From positions 416,001-480,000 of the forward strand of contig CBDDPY010000002.1 of the NCBI GenBank assembly GCA_965232515.1: DNA of 64,000 bases, in the 5' to 3' direction. The first letter of the stretch is position 1, and the number at the start of each line of letters is the position of its first letter. The position numbers and the translations under genes are program-made. The notes beneath the pieces were generated by a model that searched no databases, was not told where the DNA came from, and was given only the letters and a program-made list of their open reading frames with translations. Source of the stretch: Alphaproteobacteria bacterium (lineage in GTDB: Bacteria; Pseudomonadota; Alphaproteobacteria; GCA-2731375). This document shows positions 40,794 to 54,283 of this stretch, piece by piece.

Positions 40794-41816
40794 TTACCGC
40801 GTCGGATCGTCCGTGATCTGCACCACCTGCTTGCCGAAGTTTTCGCCCTTCAGCATGCCGATGAAGGCGGCGGGCGCGTTCTCCAGCCCCTGGGCGATGT
40901 CCTCGCGGTACTTGACCCGGCCTTCCTTCAGCCAGCCGCTCATGTCCTTGGTGAAGGCGGGCAGACGGTCCCAGTGGTCGCTGACGATGAAGCCGTGGAT
41001 CTTGGCCTTGCAACGCACCAGCGACATCAGGTTATGCACGCCGTCGGGCTTTTCCTTGTTGTATTGCGAGATCATGCCGCAGGCGACGATGCGGGCGAAT
41101 GGGTTGATCCGGTTCAGCACCGCGTCCAGCATCTCACCGCCGACATTCTCGAAATAGACGTCGATGCCGTCGGGGCAGGTCTCGCGCAATCCGGCGTCCA
41201 GCGACTCGACCGTGCGGTAGTTGAAGGCGGCATCGAACCCCAGCTCGTCGCGGATATAGGCAACCTTGTCGTCCGAGCCGGCGCTGCCGACGACCCGACA
41301 TCCTTTGATCTTGGCGATCTGGCCGACGATCTGGCCGACGGCGCCCGAGGCGGCCGAGATATAAACGGTGTCGCCCTCCTTCGGTTCGCCGATGTCCAAC
41401 AGGCCGACATAGGCCGTCATGCCGGGCATGCCCAGCACGCCCAGATAATAGGAGAGGGGGGCGATCGACGGATCGACCTTGGTCAGGCCCTTGCCGCCCG
41501 GCACCAGACTGTAGTTTTCCCAGCCCAGCATGCCGTTGACGTAATCGCCCTCGGCAAAGGCGGGGTTGTTCGAGGCCGCGACCTGGCCGACGACGCCGGC
41601 CATCATCACTTCGCCGAGCTGAAAGCCGCTGATATAGGACTTCCCCGCGTTCATGCGGCCGCGCATATAGGGGTCGAGCGACATATAGATGTTGCGCACC
41701 AGAACGTCGTCGGGGCCGGGCTCCGGCGCGTCGGCGGTGACGATCTCGAAATTCTCCGGCGTGACCCACCCGGTCGGGCGGCTCTTGAACATGATGCGGG
41801 TGTTGATCTCAGCCAT
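40794..41816 (-). CDS. NADP-dependent oxidoreductase (PTGR/CurA family), second paralogue
   Basis: YMSLDPYMRGRM, LGMPGMTAY, SAASGAVG and GENFGKQVV motifs. Confidence 0.92.
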   Translation of the reverse strand: MAEINTRIMFKSRPTGWVTPENFEIVTADAPEPGPDDVLVRNIYMSLDPYMRGRMNAGKSYISGFQLGEVMMAGVVGQVAASNNPAFAEGDYVNGMLGWENYSLVPGGKGLTKVDPSIAPLSYYLGVLGMPGMTAYVGLLDIGEPKEGDTVYISAASGAVGQIVGQIAKIKGCRVVGSAGSDDKVAYIRDELGFDAAFNYRTVESLDAGLRETCPDGIDVYFENVGGEMLDAVLNRINPFARIVACGMISQYNKEKPDGVHNLMSLVRCKAKIHGFIVSDHWDRLPAFTKDMSGWLKEGRVKYREDIAQGLENAPAAFIGMLKGENFGKQVVQITDDPTR

Positions 41817-41976
41817 TGCGCCCCTTTCCCTCCTTGCGCTAGATGCTTCTGCGCAGACGTTTTGTGATGACCTGACGGCAGGTTAGCACTCTTCGGCCGG
41901 CCGTCGCATGGGGCATATGGGCGTTTCGGCGGCCGTTGTCCATGCCGTGGGTGCGGTTCTGTGAGGTGATGAGTAG

Positions 41977-43638
41977 ATGACGGATCGATTGGCGATAGCG
42001 CTGGCCCAGCTCAACCCGACGGTGGGTGATATCGAGGGCAACGCGGCGAAAATCCGCGACGCCCGGGCCGAGGCCGCCCAGCTGGGCGCCGACCTCGTGG
42101 TTTATTCCGAGCTGGTCCTGGTCGGCTATCCGCCGGAGGATCTGGTGCTGAAGCCCGCCTTCCAGGACGATGCCGAGGCCGCCATCAAGGCGCTCGCCGG
42201 GGACACGGCGGACGGCGGCCCGGCCATGCTGGTGGGCACGCCCTGGCGCGACTCCGGCAACCTGCACAACGCCGTCGTGCTGCTGGACGCCGGCGAGGTG
42301 GCCGCGGTGCGGCTGAAGAACGACCTGCCAAACTACGGCGTCTTCGACGAGAAGCGGGTGTTCGCCGCGGGCCCGTTGCCGGGGCCGGTGAATTTCCGCG
42401 GCGTTCGCTTGGGCGTGCCGATCTGCGAGGACATCTGGACGCCGGATGTGTCGGAGTGTCTGGCCGAGACTGGCGCCGAAATCATCGTCGTGCCCAACGG
42501 CTCGCCGTTCGAGGCGGACAAATCAGATGTACGTCTGAACATGACAGTCGCCCGGATCAACGAAACCGGTCTGCCGTTCATCTATCTGAACCAGGTCGGG
42601 GGCCAGGACGAACTGGTCTTCGACGGCGGCTCGTTCGTGCTCAACACCGACCACAGCCTCGCCGTCCAGATGCCGATGTTCGAGGAGGCGATCCAGCTCA
42701 CGGTCTGGCAGCGCGACGGCGACGGCTGGCGCTGCGAGCCCGGCGCCCGGGTCGAGCCCACCAGCGGCCTGGAAGCGACCTATCTGGCCATGACGCTGGG
42801 TCTGCGCGACTATGTGAACAAGAACCGGTTTCCCGGTGTCGTGCTCGGCATGTCGGGCGGCATCGACTCCGCGCTCAGCGCCGCCGTGGCGGTCGACGCC
42901 CTCGGCCCCGGCCGGGTCTGGTGCGTGATGATGCCGTCGAAATACACCAGCCAATCCAGCCTGGACGACGCGGCGGCGGCGGCGACCCTGCTTGGCGCCC
43001 GGCTCGACACGGTCTCGATCGCGCCGGCCGTCGATGCCTTCGACGCCATGCTGGCCGACGTGTTCGCGGGCAAGGACCCGGACATCACCGAGGAGAATAT
43101 CCAGTCGCGTGCTCGCGGCATGTCGCTGATGGCGCTCTCCAACAAGTTCGGCCACATGCTGCTGACCACCGGCAACAAGTCCGAGATGTCGGTCGGCTAC
43201 GCCACGATCTATGGCGACATGGCAGGCGGCTATTCGGTCTTGAAGGACATCTACAAGACCGCGGTCTTCAACCTCTCGTCCTGGCGCAACCAGCGCAAGC
43301 CGGCTGGCGCGCTCGGCCCGGACGGCCGCGTCGTGCCCGAGAACATCATCACCAAGCCGCCGTCGGCCGAGCTCCGGCCCGATCAGAAGGACGAGGACTC
43401 GCTGCCGCCCTACGACGCGCTGGACGACATCCTGGAGTGTCTGGTCGAGAAGGAGATGGCGTTCGAGGAGATCGTCGCCCGCGGCCACGCCACCGATACG
43501 GTCAAACGCATCGAGCACTTGCTCTACATCGCCGAATACAAGCGCCGCCAGGCCCCACCCGGCGTCAAGGTCACCAGCCGCAACTTCGGCCGCGACCGCC
43601 GCTACCCCATCACCAACGCCTTCCGCGACGCGCGGTAA
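41977..43638 (+). CDS. nadE: Glutamine-dependent NAD+ synthetase
   Basis: Nitrilase domain (ELVLVGYPPEDL, PICEDIW) plus SGGIDSA, TGNKSE and PPSAELRPDQKD. Confidence 0.95.
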   Translation: MTDRLAIALAQLNPTVGDIEGNAAKIRDARAEAAQLGADLVVYSELVLVGYPPEDLVLKPAFQDDAEAAIKALAGDTADGGPAMLVGTPWRDSGNLHNAVVLLDAGEVAAVRLKNDLPNYGVFDEKRVFAAGPLPGPVNFRGVRLGVPICEDIWTPDVSECLAETGAEIIVVPNGSPFEADKSDVRLNMTVARINETGLPFIYLNQVGGQDELVFDGGSFVLNTDHSLAVQMPMFEEAIQLTVWQRDGDGWRCEPGARVEPTSGLEATYLAMTLGLRDYVNKNRFPGVVLGMSGGIDSALSAAVAVDALGPGRVWCVMMPSKYTSQSSLDDAAAAATLLGARLDTVSIAPAVDAFDAMLADVFAGKDPDITEENIQSRARGMSLMALSNKFGHMLLTTGNKSEMSVGYATIYGDMAGGYSVLKDIYKTAVFNLSSWRNQRKPAGALGPDGRVVPENIITKPPSAELRPDQKDEDSLPPYDALDDILECLVEKEMAFEEIVARGHATDTVKRIEHLLYIAEYKRRQAPPGVKVTSRNFGRDRRYPITNAFRDAR

Positions 43639-43661
43639 CGGGCGGTGATAAGCGTCGTCGC

Positions 43662-43766
43662 CATGCTTCGAGACGCCCGCTAACGCGGGCTCCTCAGCAT
43701 GAGGCCATTGCCTAGTTTCCTCGGCCTTGTGCTGAGGAGCGCCCGTAGGGTGCGTCTCGAAGCATG
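43662..43766. repeat. REP doublet, family A
   Basis: CATGCTTCGAGAC-hairpin-CTCCTCAGCATGAGG (43662-43704) and an inverted copy (43725-43766). Confidence 0.88.
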
Positions 43767-43885
43767 TCGCACCCATGGACCGCTTCGGTAGAATTTGCTA
43801 ACACTCACCGGTTCCGCCGGACGGATATTGCCGTCCCGCGGAAGAAACGTGATTAAATTCAATAGCTTAGACTGGAACTTCAGCC

Positions 43886-45207
<1,322 letters not shown>

Positions 45208-45211
<4 letters not shown>

Positions 45212-46827
45212 GCCGGGAACGCCTGTATCTGTTCGACACGACGCTGCGCGACGGCGCCCAGACTTCGGGCGTCGATTTCAGCGTCGAGGACAAGCGCGCC
45301 ATCGCGCTGGCGCTCGATGCGGCCGGCATCGACTATGTCGAGGGCGGCTGGCCCGGCGCCAATCCGACCGATACGGCGTTCTTCGAGCAGGCGCCGACAC
45401 TCGGTCGCGCCAAGTTCACGGCCTTCGGCATGACCAAGCGGCCGGGCCGCAGCGCCGCCAACGATCCTGGCCTCGCCGCCGTGCTGGGCGCTGGTTCGCC
45501 GGCCGTCTGCCTCGTCGGCAAGACCTGGGATTTCCACGTCGATGTCGCCTTCGGCATTCCGCTCAACGAGGCCGTCGATCTGGTCGGCGACAGCGTCGCC
45601 GCAACCGTCGAACGGGGCGCCGAGGCCCTCTTCGACGCCGAGCATTTCTTCGACGGCTACAAGGCGAACCCGGACTTCGCGCTGTCGTGTCTCAAGGCCG
45701 CGCTCGAGGCCGGCGCCCGTTGGGTCGTGCTCTGCGACACCAATGGCGGCACGCTGCCGCATGAGGTCGAGCGCATCGTCGGCGATGTCGCCGAGCAGCT
45801 GCCACACGACCGCCTCGGCATCCACACCCACAACGACACCGGCAACGCGGTCGCCAACAGCCTCGCCGCCGTGCGGGCCGGCGCCCGGCACGTGCAGGGC
45901 ACCATAAATGGCCTCGGCGAGCGCTGCGGCAACGCCAACCTGGTCTCGCTGATCCCGTCGCTGATGCTGAAGGACGGTTTCGCCGACAAGTTCGAAACCG
46001 GGATCGGCGAGGATCAACTCAAGCGGCTGACCTCGGTCTCGCGCCTCCTGGACGAGCTGCTGAACCGGGCGCCCGACCGGCACGCGCCTTACGTCGGCGC
46101 CGCCGCCTTCGCGCACAAGGGCGGCCTGCATGTCTCGGCCGTGCTGAAGGATCCGCGCAGCTACGAGCACGTCCAGCCCGAGGCCGTCGGCAACCAGCGC
46201 ACGGTGCTGGTCTCGAACCAGTCCGGCCGGTCCAACATCCTCTCGCGTCTGGCCGAGATCGGCATCGAGCTCGATCCTAAGCACCCGAAGATCGACCGCC
46301 TGCTGGAGGAGGTGAAGCAGCGCGAGTTCGAGGGCTATGCCTACGACGGCGCCGAGGCCAGCTTCGAGCTGATGGCCCGCCGCACGCTGGGCGATGTGCC
46401 GAATTACTTTGAGGTCGAAGGTTTCCGGGTCTCGGTCGAGCGTCGCTTTAACGCGCTCGGCAAGCTGGTGACGGTCTCGGAAGCCACCGTGAAGGTCACC
46501 GTCGACGGCCAGCAGATCATGTCCGTCGCCGAGGGCAATGGCCCCGTCAACGCCCTCGACCAGGCGCTCCGCAAGGACCTCGGCCGCTATGCGGCGGCGA
46601 TCGAGGACCTGCGGCTTGTCGACTACAAGGTGCGTATCCTCGACGGTGGCACCGAGGCCGTGACGCGGGTGCTGATCGAGAGCGCCGACGCCGCCGGTCA
46701 CCGTTGGTTCACGGTCGGCGTGTCGCCGAACATCGTCGACGCCTCGTTCGTCGCGCTTACCGACTCCATCGTCTACAAGCTCTACCGCGAGGGCGTGCGG
46801 GCCGTCGCCGACGCGGCCGCGGAGTAG
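45208..46827 (+). CDS. cimA: Citramalate synthase (LeuA/CimA family)
   Basis: DTTLRDGAQ, EGGWPGANP, DAEHFFDG, HTHND, GERCGN and AHKGGLH motifs. Confidence 0.88.
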
Positions 46828-46848
46828 CGCGCCGCCATCGCAAGAGCC

Positions 46849-47613
46849 ATGGCCGGCACCGATTCCACCCGCGATCCCGTGCTCGGCGGGCCGGCGATCA
46901 TCCTGGTCAAGCCGCAGATGGGCGAGAATATTGGCGCCGTCGCCCGCGCCATGCTGAATTTCGGCCTGACCGAGCTGCGCATCGTCGCGCCGCGCGACGG
47001 CTGGCCGAATGACAAGGCCTACGCCATGGCGAGCCGCGCCGATCAGGTGCTCGACGCAGCGCAGCTGTTCGACACAACAGAGGCGGCGATCGCCGACCTG
47101 ACCCGGATTTACGCCACGACCGCCCGGCGGCGCGACATGGTGAAGCCGGTGATGACGCCGCACGCTGCCGCCGCAGACATGGCCGCGACCCTGTCGGCCG
47201 GCGGCCGGGCAGGCGTGCTGTTCGGCGGCGAGCGGGCCGGGCTCGACAATGACGATGTGGCGCTCGCCGCGGCCATCGTCGAGGCGCCCACGAATCCCGC
47301 CTTCTCGTCGCTCAACCTGGCCCAGGCCGTGCTGCTGGTCGCCTACGAATGGTTCCAGGTCGGCGACGACCGGCCGCCGGTCATGCTCGACGCCGGCCGC
47401 ACGGCGGAAGCCGTCTCGGCCGCCGATCTGCTGATATTTTTCGAGCGTCTCGAGCGTGAGCTCGATGCCGGCGGATTCCTCAAACCGCCGGAAAAGCGGC
47501 CGACCATGATCCGCAACATCCGCAACATGTTCCAGCGCGCCGGCCTTACCGATCAGGAGGTCCGCACGCTCCAGGGCATCGTCTCGGCCCTTATCCGCCG
47601 GCGCGGCGATTAA
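46849..47613 (+). CDS. trmJ: TrmJ/LasT SPOUT RNA methyltransferase
   Basis: ENIGAVARAMLNFG, FGGERAGL and SLNLAQAV motifs. Confidence 0.88.
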   Translation: MAGTDSTRDPVLGGPAIILVKPQMGENIGAVARAMLNFGLTELRIVAPRDGWPNDKAYAMASRADQVLDAAQLFDTTEAAIADLTRIYATTARRRDMVKPVMTPHAAAADMAATLSAGGRAGVLFGGERAGLDNDDVALAAAIVEAPTNPAFSSLNLAQAVLLVAYEWFQVGDDRPPVMLDAGRTAEAVSAADLLIFFERLERELDAGGFLKPPEKRPTMIRNIRNMFQRAGLTDQEVRTLQGIVSALIRRRGD

Positions 47614-47627
47614 CCATGGGTAACCGT

Positions 47628-47656
47628 TTGACAACACAGCCGCTTCGGGCTATGAC
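47628..47656 (+). promoter_or_regulatory. Sigma70-type promoter of rpsD
   Basis: TTGACA, 17-nt spacer, TATGAC. Confidence 0.62.
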
Positions 47657-47725
47657 CCGGCGTCCGCGCCGCCATAGGGCCGCGCGCGCTGCTGCTTGCA
47701 TCCATACGTCCGGAAAGAACGGTTA

Positions 47726-48340
47726 ATGACGAAGCGTCTACAGTCGAAATACAAGCTCAATCGGCGCCTGGGCCAGAACCTCTGGGGTCGCCCGAAGAGC
47801 CCCGTTAACAAGCGCGAATACGGCCCTGGCCAGCACGGCCAGCGCCGCCGTAAGCCGTCGGATTTCGGCGTTCAGCTCGCCGCCAAGCAACAGCTCAAGG
47901 GTTACTACGGCAACATCACCGAACGGCAGTTCCGTCGTGCCTATCAAGAGGCGGTCAGCGCCCGGGGCGACACGGTCGAAAACCTGATCGGCTTGCTCGA
48001 ACGCCGGCTCGACGCCGTGATCTATCGCATGAAGTTCGTGCCGACGGTGTTCTCGGCCCGGCAGTTCATCAACCACGGCCATGTCAAGGTGAACGGCCAC
48101 CGCGTTAACATCCCCAGCTACCGGGTGCGCGAGGGCGACGTGATCGAGGTCAAAGAGAAGTCGCGCGAGCTGCCGCTGGTGCTGGAGGCGGTCGAGTCGT
48201 CCGAGCGCGACGTGCCGGAATACATGGACGTCGACTTCAAGAAGATGGTCGGCACCTTCGTGCGCACGCCGAAGTTCGCCGACGTGCCCTATCCGGTCCA
48301 GATGGAACCCAATCTGGTGATCGAGTACTACTCGCGCTGA
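47726..48340 (+). CDS. rpsD: 30S ribosomal protein S4
   Basis: [31 protein letters not shown] and VIEYYSR motifs. Confidence 0.98.
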   Translation: MTKRLQSKYKLNRRLGQNLWGRPKSPVNKREYGPGQHGQRRRKPSDFGVQLAAKQQLKGYYGNITERQFRRAYQEAVSARGDTVENLIGLLERRLDAVIYRMKFVPTVFSARQFINHGHVKVNGHRVNIPSYRVREGDVIEVKEKSRELPLVLEAVESSERDVPEYMDVDFKKMVGTFVRTPKFADVPYPVQMEPNLVIEYYSR

Positions 48341-48361
48341 TCCGGATAAGTCACTGATCTC

Positions 48362-48389
48362 AAAGGGCCGCCACGACGCGGCCCTTTTT
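48362..48389 (+). terminator. Rho-independent terminator of rpsD
   Basis: AAAGGGCCGC-CACGAC-GCGGCCCTTT stem-loop ending in a T run. Confidence 0.85.
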
Positions 48390-48418
48390 CGTTTCGGTGC
48401 CGTCGAACTTTCTGCACG

Positions 48419-48516
48419 CACCCTTCGAGACGCGACTTCGCCGCTCCTCAGGGTGAGGGAGGTTGTCTAATGCTCCTCGCCCTGAGGAGGCCCCGCCAGG
48501 GCCGTCTCGAAGGGCG
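48419..48516. repeat. REP doublet, family A (left flank of the GIY-YIG gene)
   Basis: CACCCTTCGAGAC..CTCCTCAGGGTGAGG (48419-48458) and an inverted copy (48475-48516). Confidence 0.9.
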
Positions 48517-48808
48517 ACGTGCCGGATGTTCTCCGCCTAGAAAGCGCTTTCAGAGCCGCAAAGTCTCCGCGTATCAGAGCCTCTTTCTTGGCACGGCTCC
48601 ATCCCTTCAGTTGCCGCTCGGCGGCGATCGCATCGGTGATGCGTTCGAAGTGCCGATGAAAGACGGGCTCGACGGGACGCCGGCGCTTTGTATAGCCGCC
48701 GTATGTGCCAGCGTTGTGTTCTGCGACTCGACTTTCGAGGCTGGTTCGGGTCGAACCGACATAATAGCTCCCGTCGGCGCAGCCCAGGATTTAGACGAAG
48801 GCCGTCAC
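48467..48808 (-). pseudogene. GIY-YIG nuclease (UPF0213/YhbQ-like) with an in-frame TAA at codon 6
   Basis: Manual translation from GTG 48808: VTAFV*ILGCADGSYYVGSTRTSLESRVAEHNAG..YTKRRRP..AIAAERQLKGWSRAKKEALI..; the stop replaces the Tyr of the VYIL motif. Confidence 0.88.
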
Positions 48809-48830
48809 TACTCTGCCAATGTCTCGCCAG

Positions 48831-48937
48831 CACCCTTCGAGACGCGGCTTCGCCGCTCCTCAGGGTGAGGGAATGCTTTTGATATCAACACGTTACCTCA
48901 TGCTGAGGAGCCGGCGAAGCCGGCGTCTCGAAGCATG
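48831..48937. repeat. REP doublet, family A (right flank of the GIY-YIG gene)
   Basis: Unit at 48831-48870 and an inverted copy at 48896-48937. Confidence 0.9.
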
Positions 48938-48967
48938 CGATATCAGTCACCGGCAACGGCCGCTCGC

Positions 48968-49990
48968 TCACCCTGCCAGCGTCTGCCGCAGGTAGTCGGC
49001 GATCTCGCCGAGCGCCCGGTCACCTTCCGGGATCACGCGGGTGAGGATCACGAAGGCGTGGATCTGGCCGTCATAGTCGAGGCGTGTCACCGGCACGCCG
49101 GCGGCACTCAGCTTGTCGGCATACTGCCGGCCCTCGTCACGCAGCGGATCGAAGCCGCCGGTCAGCATCAGCGTCGGCGGCAGCCCCTTCAAGTCTTCGG
49201 CCAGTAGCGGCGAGGCCCGGAGATCGGTCAGCTCGGACGGATCGTTCAGGTATTGCGCCGCATACCAGTCCATGCGGTCGCGCGGAATGATGTAGGCCTC
49301 GCGCAGTTCGTCATGGCTGGGCGTCGACATGGTGAAGTCGGTTGCCGGATAGATCAGTACCTGGCAGGTGGGCACCTGCTCGCCGGCCGCGGCCGTCTGC
49401 TGCGACACCACGGCCGCCAGGTTGCCGCCGGCGCTGTCGCCGCCGACGCCGATACGCGCCGGATCGCCGCCGATCTCGGCCGCGTTCCGCGTCAGCCATC
49501 GGTAGGCCGCGAGACAGTCGTCCACCGCCGCTGGAAACTTGTGCTCGGGCGCGAGGCGGTAATCGACCGCCATGATCAAGCAGTCGCTGCGGTGGGCGAG
49601 CTTCAGGCAGGCCTGGTGATGCGTTTCCAGATCGCCTTGCACCCAACCGCCGCCGTGAAAGAAACACAAGACGGGCAGGGGAGGTCCATCACTAATCGGC
49701 GGCGTATAGATCCGCACTGGCAGATCGCCTGCTGGGCCTGGGATCGTTCGATCCTCTGTCGCGACCGTGGCCGGTCCCGGCGCGTCCATCAGTTCGACCA
49801 TACGCCGGGTCTGCGCCCGGCCTTCTTCCGGCGTCGGGACCTGGCCTGGCACCCGGATCGACTGGCTGAACTGACCGACCAGCTGCGCCTTGGGGTCCAT
49901 GGCGTGGCCGTTCAGGCGCTCACGCCGGCCCAGCAGGTACACCGGCGCCAACCACGCCGGCATGCGCGTCAGCGCGAACCCAACCATCAT
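48968..49990 (-). CDS. HSL-family esterase/lipase
   Basis: HGGGW, DYRLAPEH, GDSAGGNL, DPLRDEG and H(AF) motifs. Confidence 0.92.
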   Translation of the reverse strand: MMVGFALTRMPAWLAPVYLLGRRERLNGHAMDPKAQLVGQFSQSIRVPGQVPTPEEGRAQTRRMVELMDAPGPATVATEDRTIPGPAGDLPVRIYTPPISDGPPLPVLCFFHGGGWVQGDLETHHQACLKLAHRSDCLIMAVDYRLAPEHKFPAAVDDCLAAYRWLTRNAAEIGGDPARIGVGGDSAGGNLAAVVSQQTAAAGEQVPTCQVLIYPATDFTMSTPSHDELREAYIIPRDRMDWYAAQYLNDPSELTDLRASPLLAEDLKGLPPTLMLTGGFDPLRDEGRQYADKLSAAGVPVTRLDYDGQIHAFVILTRVIPEGDRALGEIADYLRQTLAG

Positions 49991-50051
49991 GTCGACGACC
50001 TCCGCGGCGTTTTCGCCTTATGTGCCGCGGAGTATAGCGTCGGGCGGGCGT

Positions 50052-50402
50052 TCAGTCCTTCTCGAACATGCCCAGGTTGAGATCGACTTGTTTGCCCATC
50101 CAGATCGGGGAGTCGCGATGATCGATCAGGTCGTCGCCGGTCTGCGGGTGTAGGAAGACCGTCAGACCCTCGCGGTTCAGCATCAGCCACGGCACGATCT
50201 GATCGAAGATCTCGGGTTGAAAGTGGATCTGATAGCTCCACATCGGATGCGGGCCGATCGGCTTTTCGTGCCAGCGGCCCATGCGCACGTCGAAAAGTTC
50301 TTCGACGCGCTTGCGCACGCGCTGCGCCTCGTCGCGGTGGTCCGCATCGAAGTAGACGTGCGCGTGATAGTCCTTGATGTCGGACGCAGGCGCTTCAGCC
50401 AT
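50052..50402 (-). CDS. DOPA 4,5-dioxygenase family protein
   Basis: YHAHVYFD, PIGPHP, WLMLNR..LTVFLHP.TGDD..DH...W.G motifs. Confidence 0.88.
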   Translation of the reverse strand: MAEAPASDIKDYHAHVYFDADHRDEAQRVRKRVEELFDVRMGRWHEKPIGPHPMWSYQIHFQPEIFDQIVPWLMLNREGLTVFLHPQTGDDLIDHRDSPIWMGKQVDLNLGMFEKD

Positions 50403-50404
50403 GG

Positions 50405-50743
50405 TCAGGCCGCGACGGTCGCCACGCCCTTCTGACCCATCATGGTCTGCAGTTCGCCGGCCTCGAACATCTCGCGGATGATGTCGCAGCCGCCGACGAA
50501 CTCGCCCTTCACATAGAGCTGCGGGATCGTCGGCCAGTTGCTGAATTCCTTGACGCCCTGGCGCAGCTCGGGGTCCTGCAGGATGTCGATGCCCTTGAAC
50601 TTGACGCCCATGTGGGTCAGCACCTGCACAACGACGGCGGAGAATCCGCACTGCGGAAACACCGGGGTGCCCTTCATGAACAGCACGACGTCGTTGCCGT
50701 CGATCTCCTGCTGGATGCGGTCGAAGACGGGATTCTCGCTCAT
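50405..50743 (-). CDS. grxD: Monothiol glutaredoxin Grx4
   Basis: [26 protein letters not shown]. Confidence 0.96.
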   Translation of the reverse strand: MSENPVFDRIQQEIDGNDVVLFMKGTPVFPQCGFSAVVVQVLTHMGVKFKGIDILQDPELRQGVKEFSNWPTIPQLYVKGEFVGGCDIIREMFEAGELQTMMGQKGVATVAA

Positions 50744-50771
50744 ATCAGATCTCTCCTGTTCCGGCGGCCAA

Positions 50772-51008
50772 TCAGGATTCCGGCACGGCCGTCTGCAATG
50801 CCAATGCATGCAACTGGCCGCCCATGCGGCCCTGTAGCGCCTGATACACCATCTGATGCTGCTGCACGCGGGTCTTCCCTTCGAAGGCGGCGGATACGAC
50901 ATGTGCGGCGTAATGGTCGCCGTCGCCGCGAAGGTCCTCGATCGTCACCTTCGCGTCGGGCAGACCCTCGCGGATCAGCCGTTCGATCTCCGCCGCATCC
51001 ATCGCCAT
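50772..51008 (-). CDS. bolA: BolA-family protein
   Basis: [18 protein letters not shown] and LHALAL motifs; adjacent to grxD. Confidence 0.92.
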   Translation of the reverse strand: MAMDAAEIERLIREGLPDAKVTIEDLRGDGDHYAAHVVSAAFEGKTRVQQHQMVYQALQGRMGGQLHALALQTAVPES

Positions 51009-51025
51009 GTCTAGATCCCTTCGGT

Positions 51026-53224
<2,199 letters not shown>

Positions 53225-53229
53225 GGGCG

Positions 53230-53913
53230 TCAGGCGAGGGCGGTCGCGAGGCCGTCGAACAGCGTCCGCCCGTCGTTGCCACCGTGCGTCGGATCGGCGG
53301 CCCGTTCCGGGTGCGGCATCATGCCGAGGATGGTCCGCTCGGTATTGAAAATGCCGGCGATGTCGCGGGCCGAGCCGTTTGGATTGGCGTCTCCGACGGC
53401 GTCGCCGTCGCAATAGCGAAAGGCGATCTGGCCGTTGTCGGCCAGGCGGTCGAGCGTGTCGTCGTCGGCGTAATACTGGCCGTCGTGGTGGGCCACCGGA
53501 ATGCGCAGCACCTGGCCCGCCTCGTAGGCGCTGGTGAACATGGTCTGGCTGTCCGCGACGGCGATATTCACGTCCCGGCTGACGAATTTCAGGCTGGCGT
53601 TCGGCAGCAGCGCGCCCGGCAGCAGGCCGGTCTCCAACAGCACCTGGAAGCCGTTGCAGATGCCCAGTACCGGCACGCCGCGTTCGGCCCGCGCCTTGAC
53701 CTCGCGCATCACCGGCGACTGCGCCGCCATGGCGCCGCAGCGCAGATAGTCGCCATAGGCGAAGCCGCCCGGCAGCACGATCAGGTCGACATCCGGCAGC
53801 TCGCTGTCGGCATGCCAGACCATCTCGACCTTCTGGCCGGTACTGGCCTCGAGCGCGACCTGGACGTCACGGTCGCAGTTTGAGCCGGGAAATACGATGA
53901 CGGCTGCTTTCAT
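53230..53913 (-). CDS. purQ: FGAM synthase glutaminase subunit PurQ
   Basis: [23 protein letters not shown] and GMMPHPER motifs. Confidence 0.97.
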   Translation of the reverse strand: MKAAVIVFPGSNCDRDVQVALEASTGQKVEMVWHADSELPDVDLIVLPGGFAYGDYLRCGAMAAQSPVMREVKARAERGVPVLGICNGFQVLLETGLLPGALLPNASLKFVSRDVNIAVADSQTMFTSAYEAGQVLRIPVAHHDGQYYADDDTLDRLADNGQIAFRYCDGDAVGDANPNGSARDIAGIFNTERTILGMMPHPERAADPTHGGNDGRTLFDGLATALA

Positions 53914-54031
53914 GAACGTTCCCGCTTTAGGCAGATCCGGACGAGATCGATGTTTCCGTCGGCCGCCGAGGCCGGTCGACAGGCCGAACTGAACACGAGA
54001 AAAGCGTTATCGGTGATTCGACTGCCCGCGC

Positions 54032-54274
54032 TCAATCGACCAGCTCGATGGCGTAGTCTTCGATCACCGTGTTGGCCAGCAGGCGGTCGCACATCTCGGC
54101 CACGCGCCGTTCGGCGGCGGCCCGGTCGGTCTCGCTCAGCTCCAGCTCGATCAGCTTGCCTTGCCGGACCTCGCCGACGCCGTCGAAGCCAATGTTTCCA
54201 AGGGCATGCGCGATGGCCTTACCCTGGGGGTCGAGAACGCCGTGCTTCGGATAGATATGGACGCGTGCCTTCAA
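54032..54274 (-). CDS. purS: FGAM synthase subunit PurS
   Basis: GVLDPQG, VRQGK and LLANTVIEDY motifs; TTG start. Confidence 0.95.
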   Translation of the reverse strand: MKARVHIYPKHGVLDPQGKAIAHALGNIGFDGVGEVRQGKLIELELSETDRAAAERRVAEMCDRLLANTVIEDYAIELVD

Positions 54275-54283
54275 GCCCGGGAC

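Noticed and set aside
48470-48868. ORF-track calls 48470-48868 (+), 48537-48833 (-) and 48688-48882 (+)
   Set aside because: They are antisense or off-frame to the GIY-YIG reading frame, which carries the conserved motifs.
48419-48937. CRISPR array
   Set aside because: The repeats alternate in orientation, are irregularly spaced and have no cas genes nearby; they fit REP doublets.
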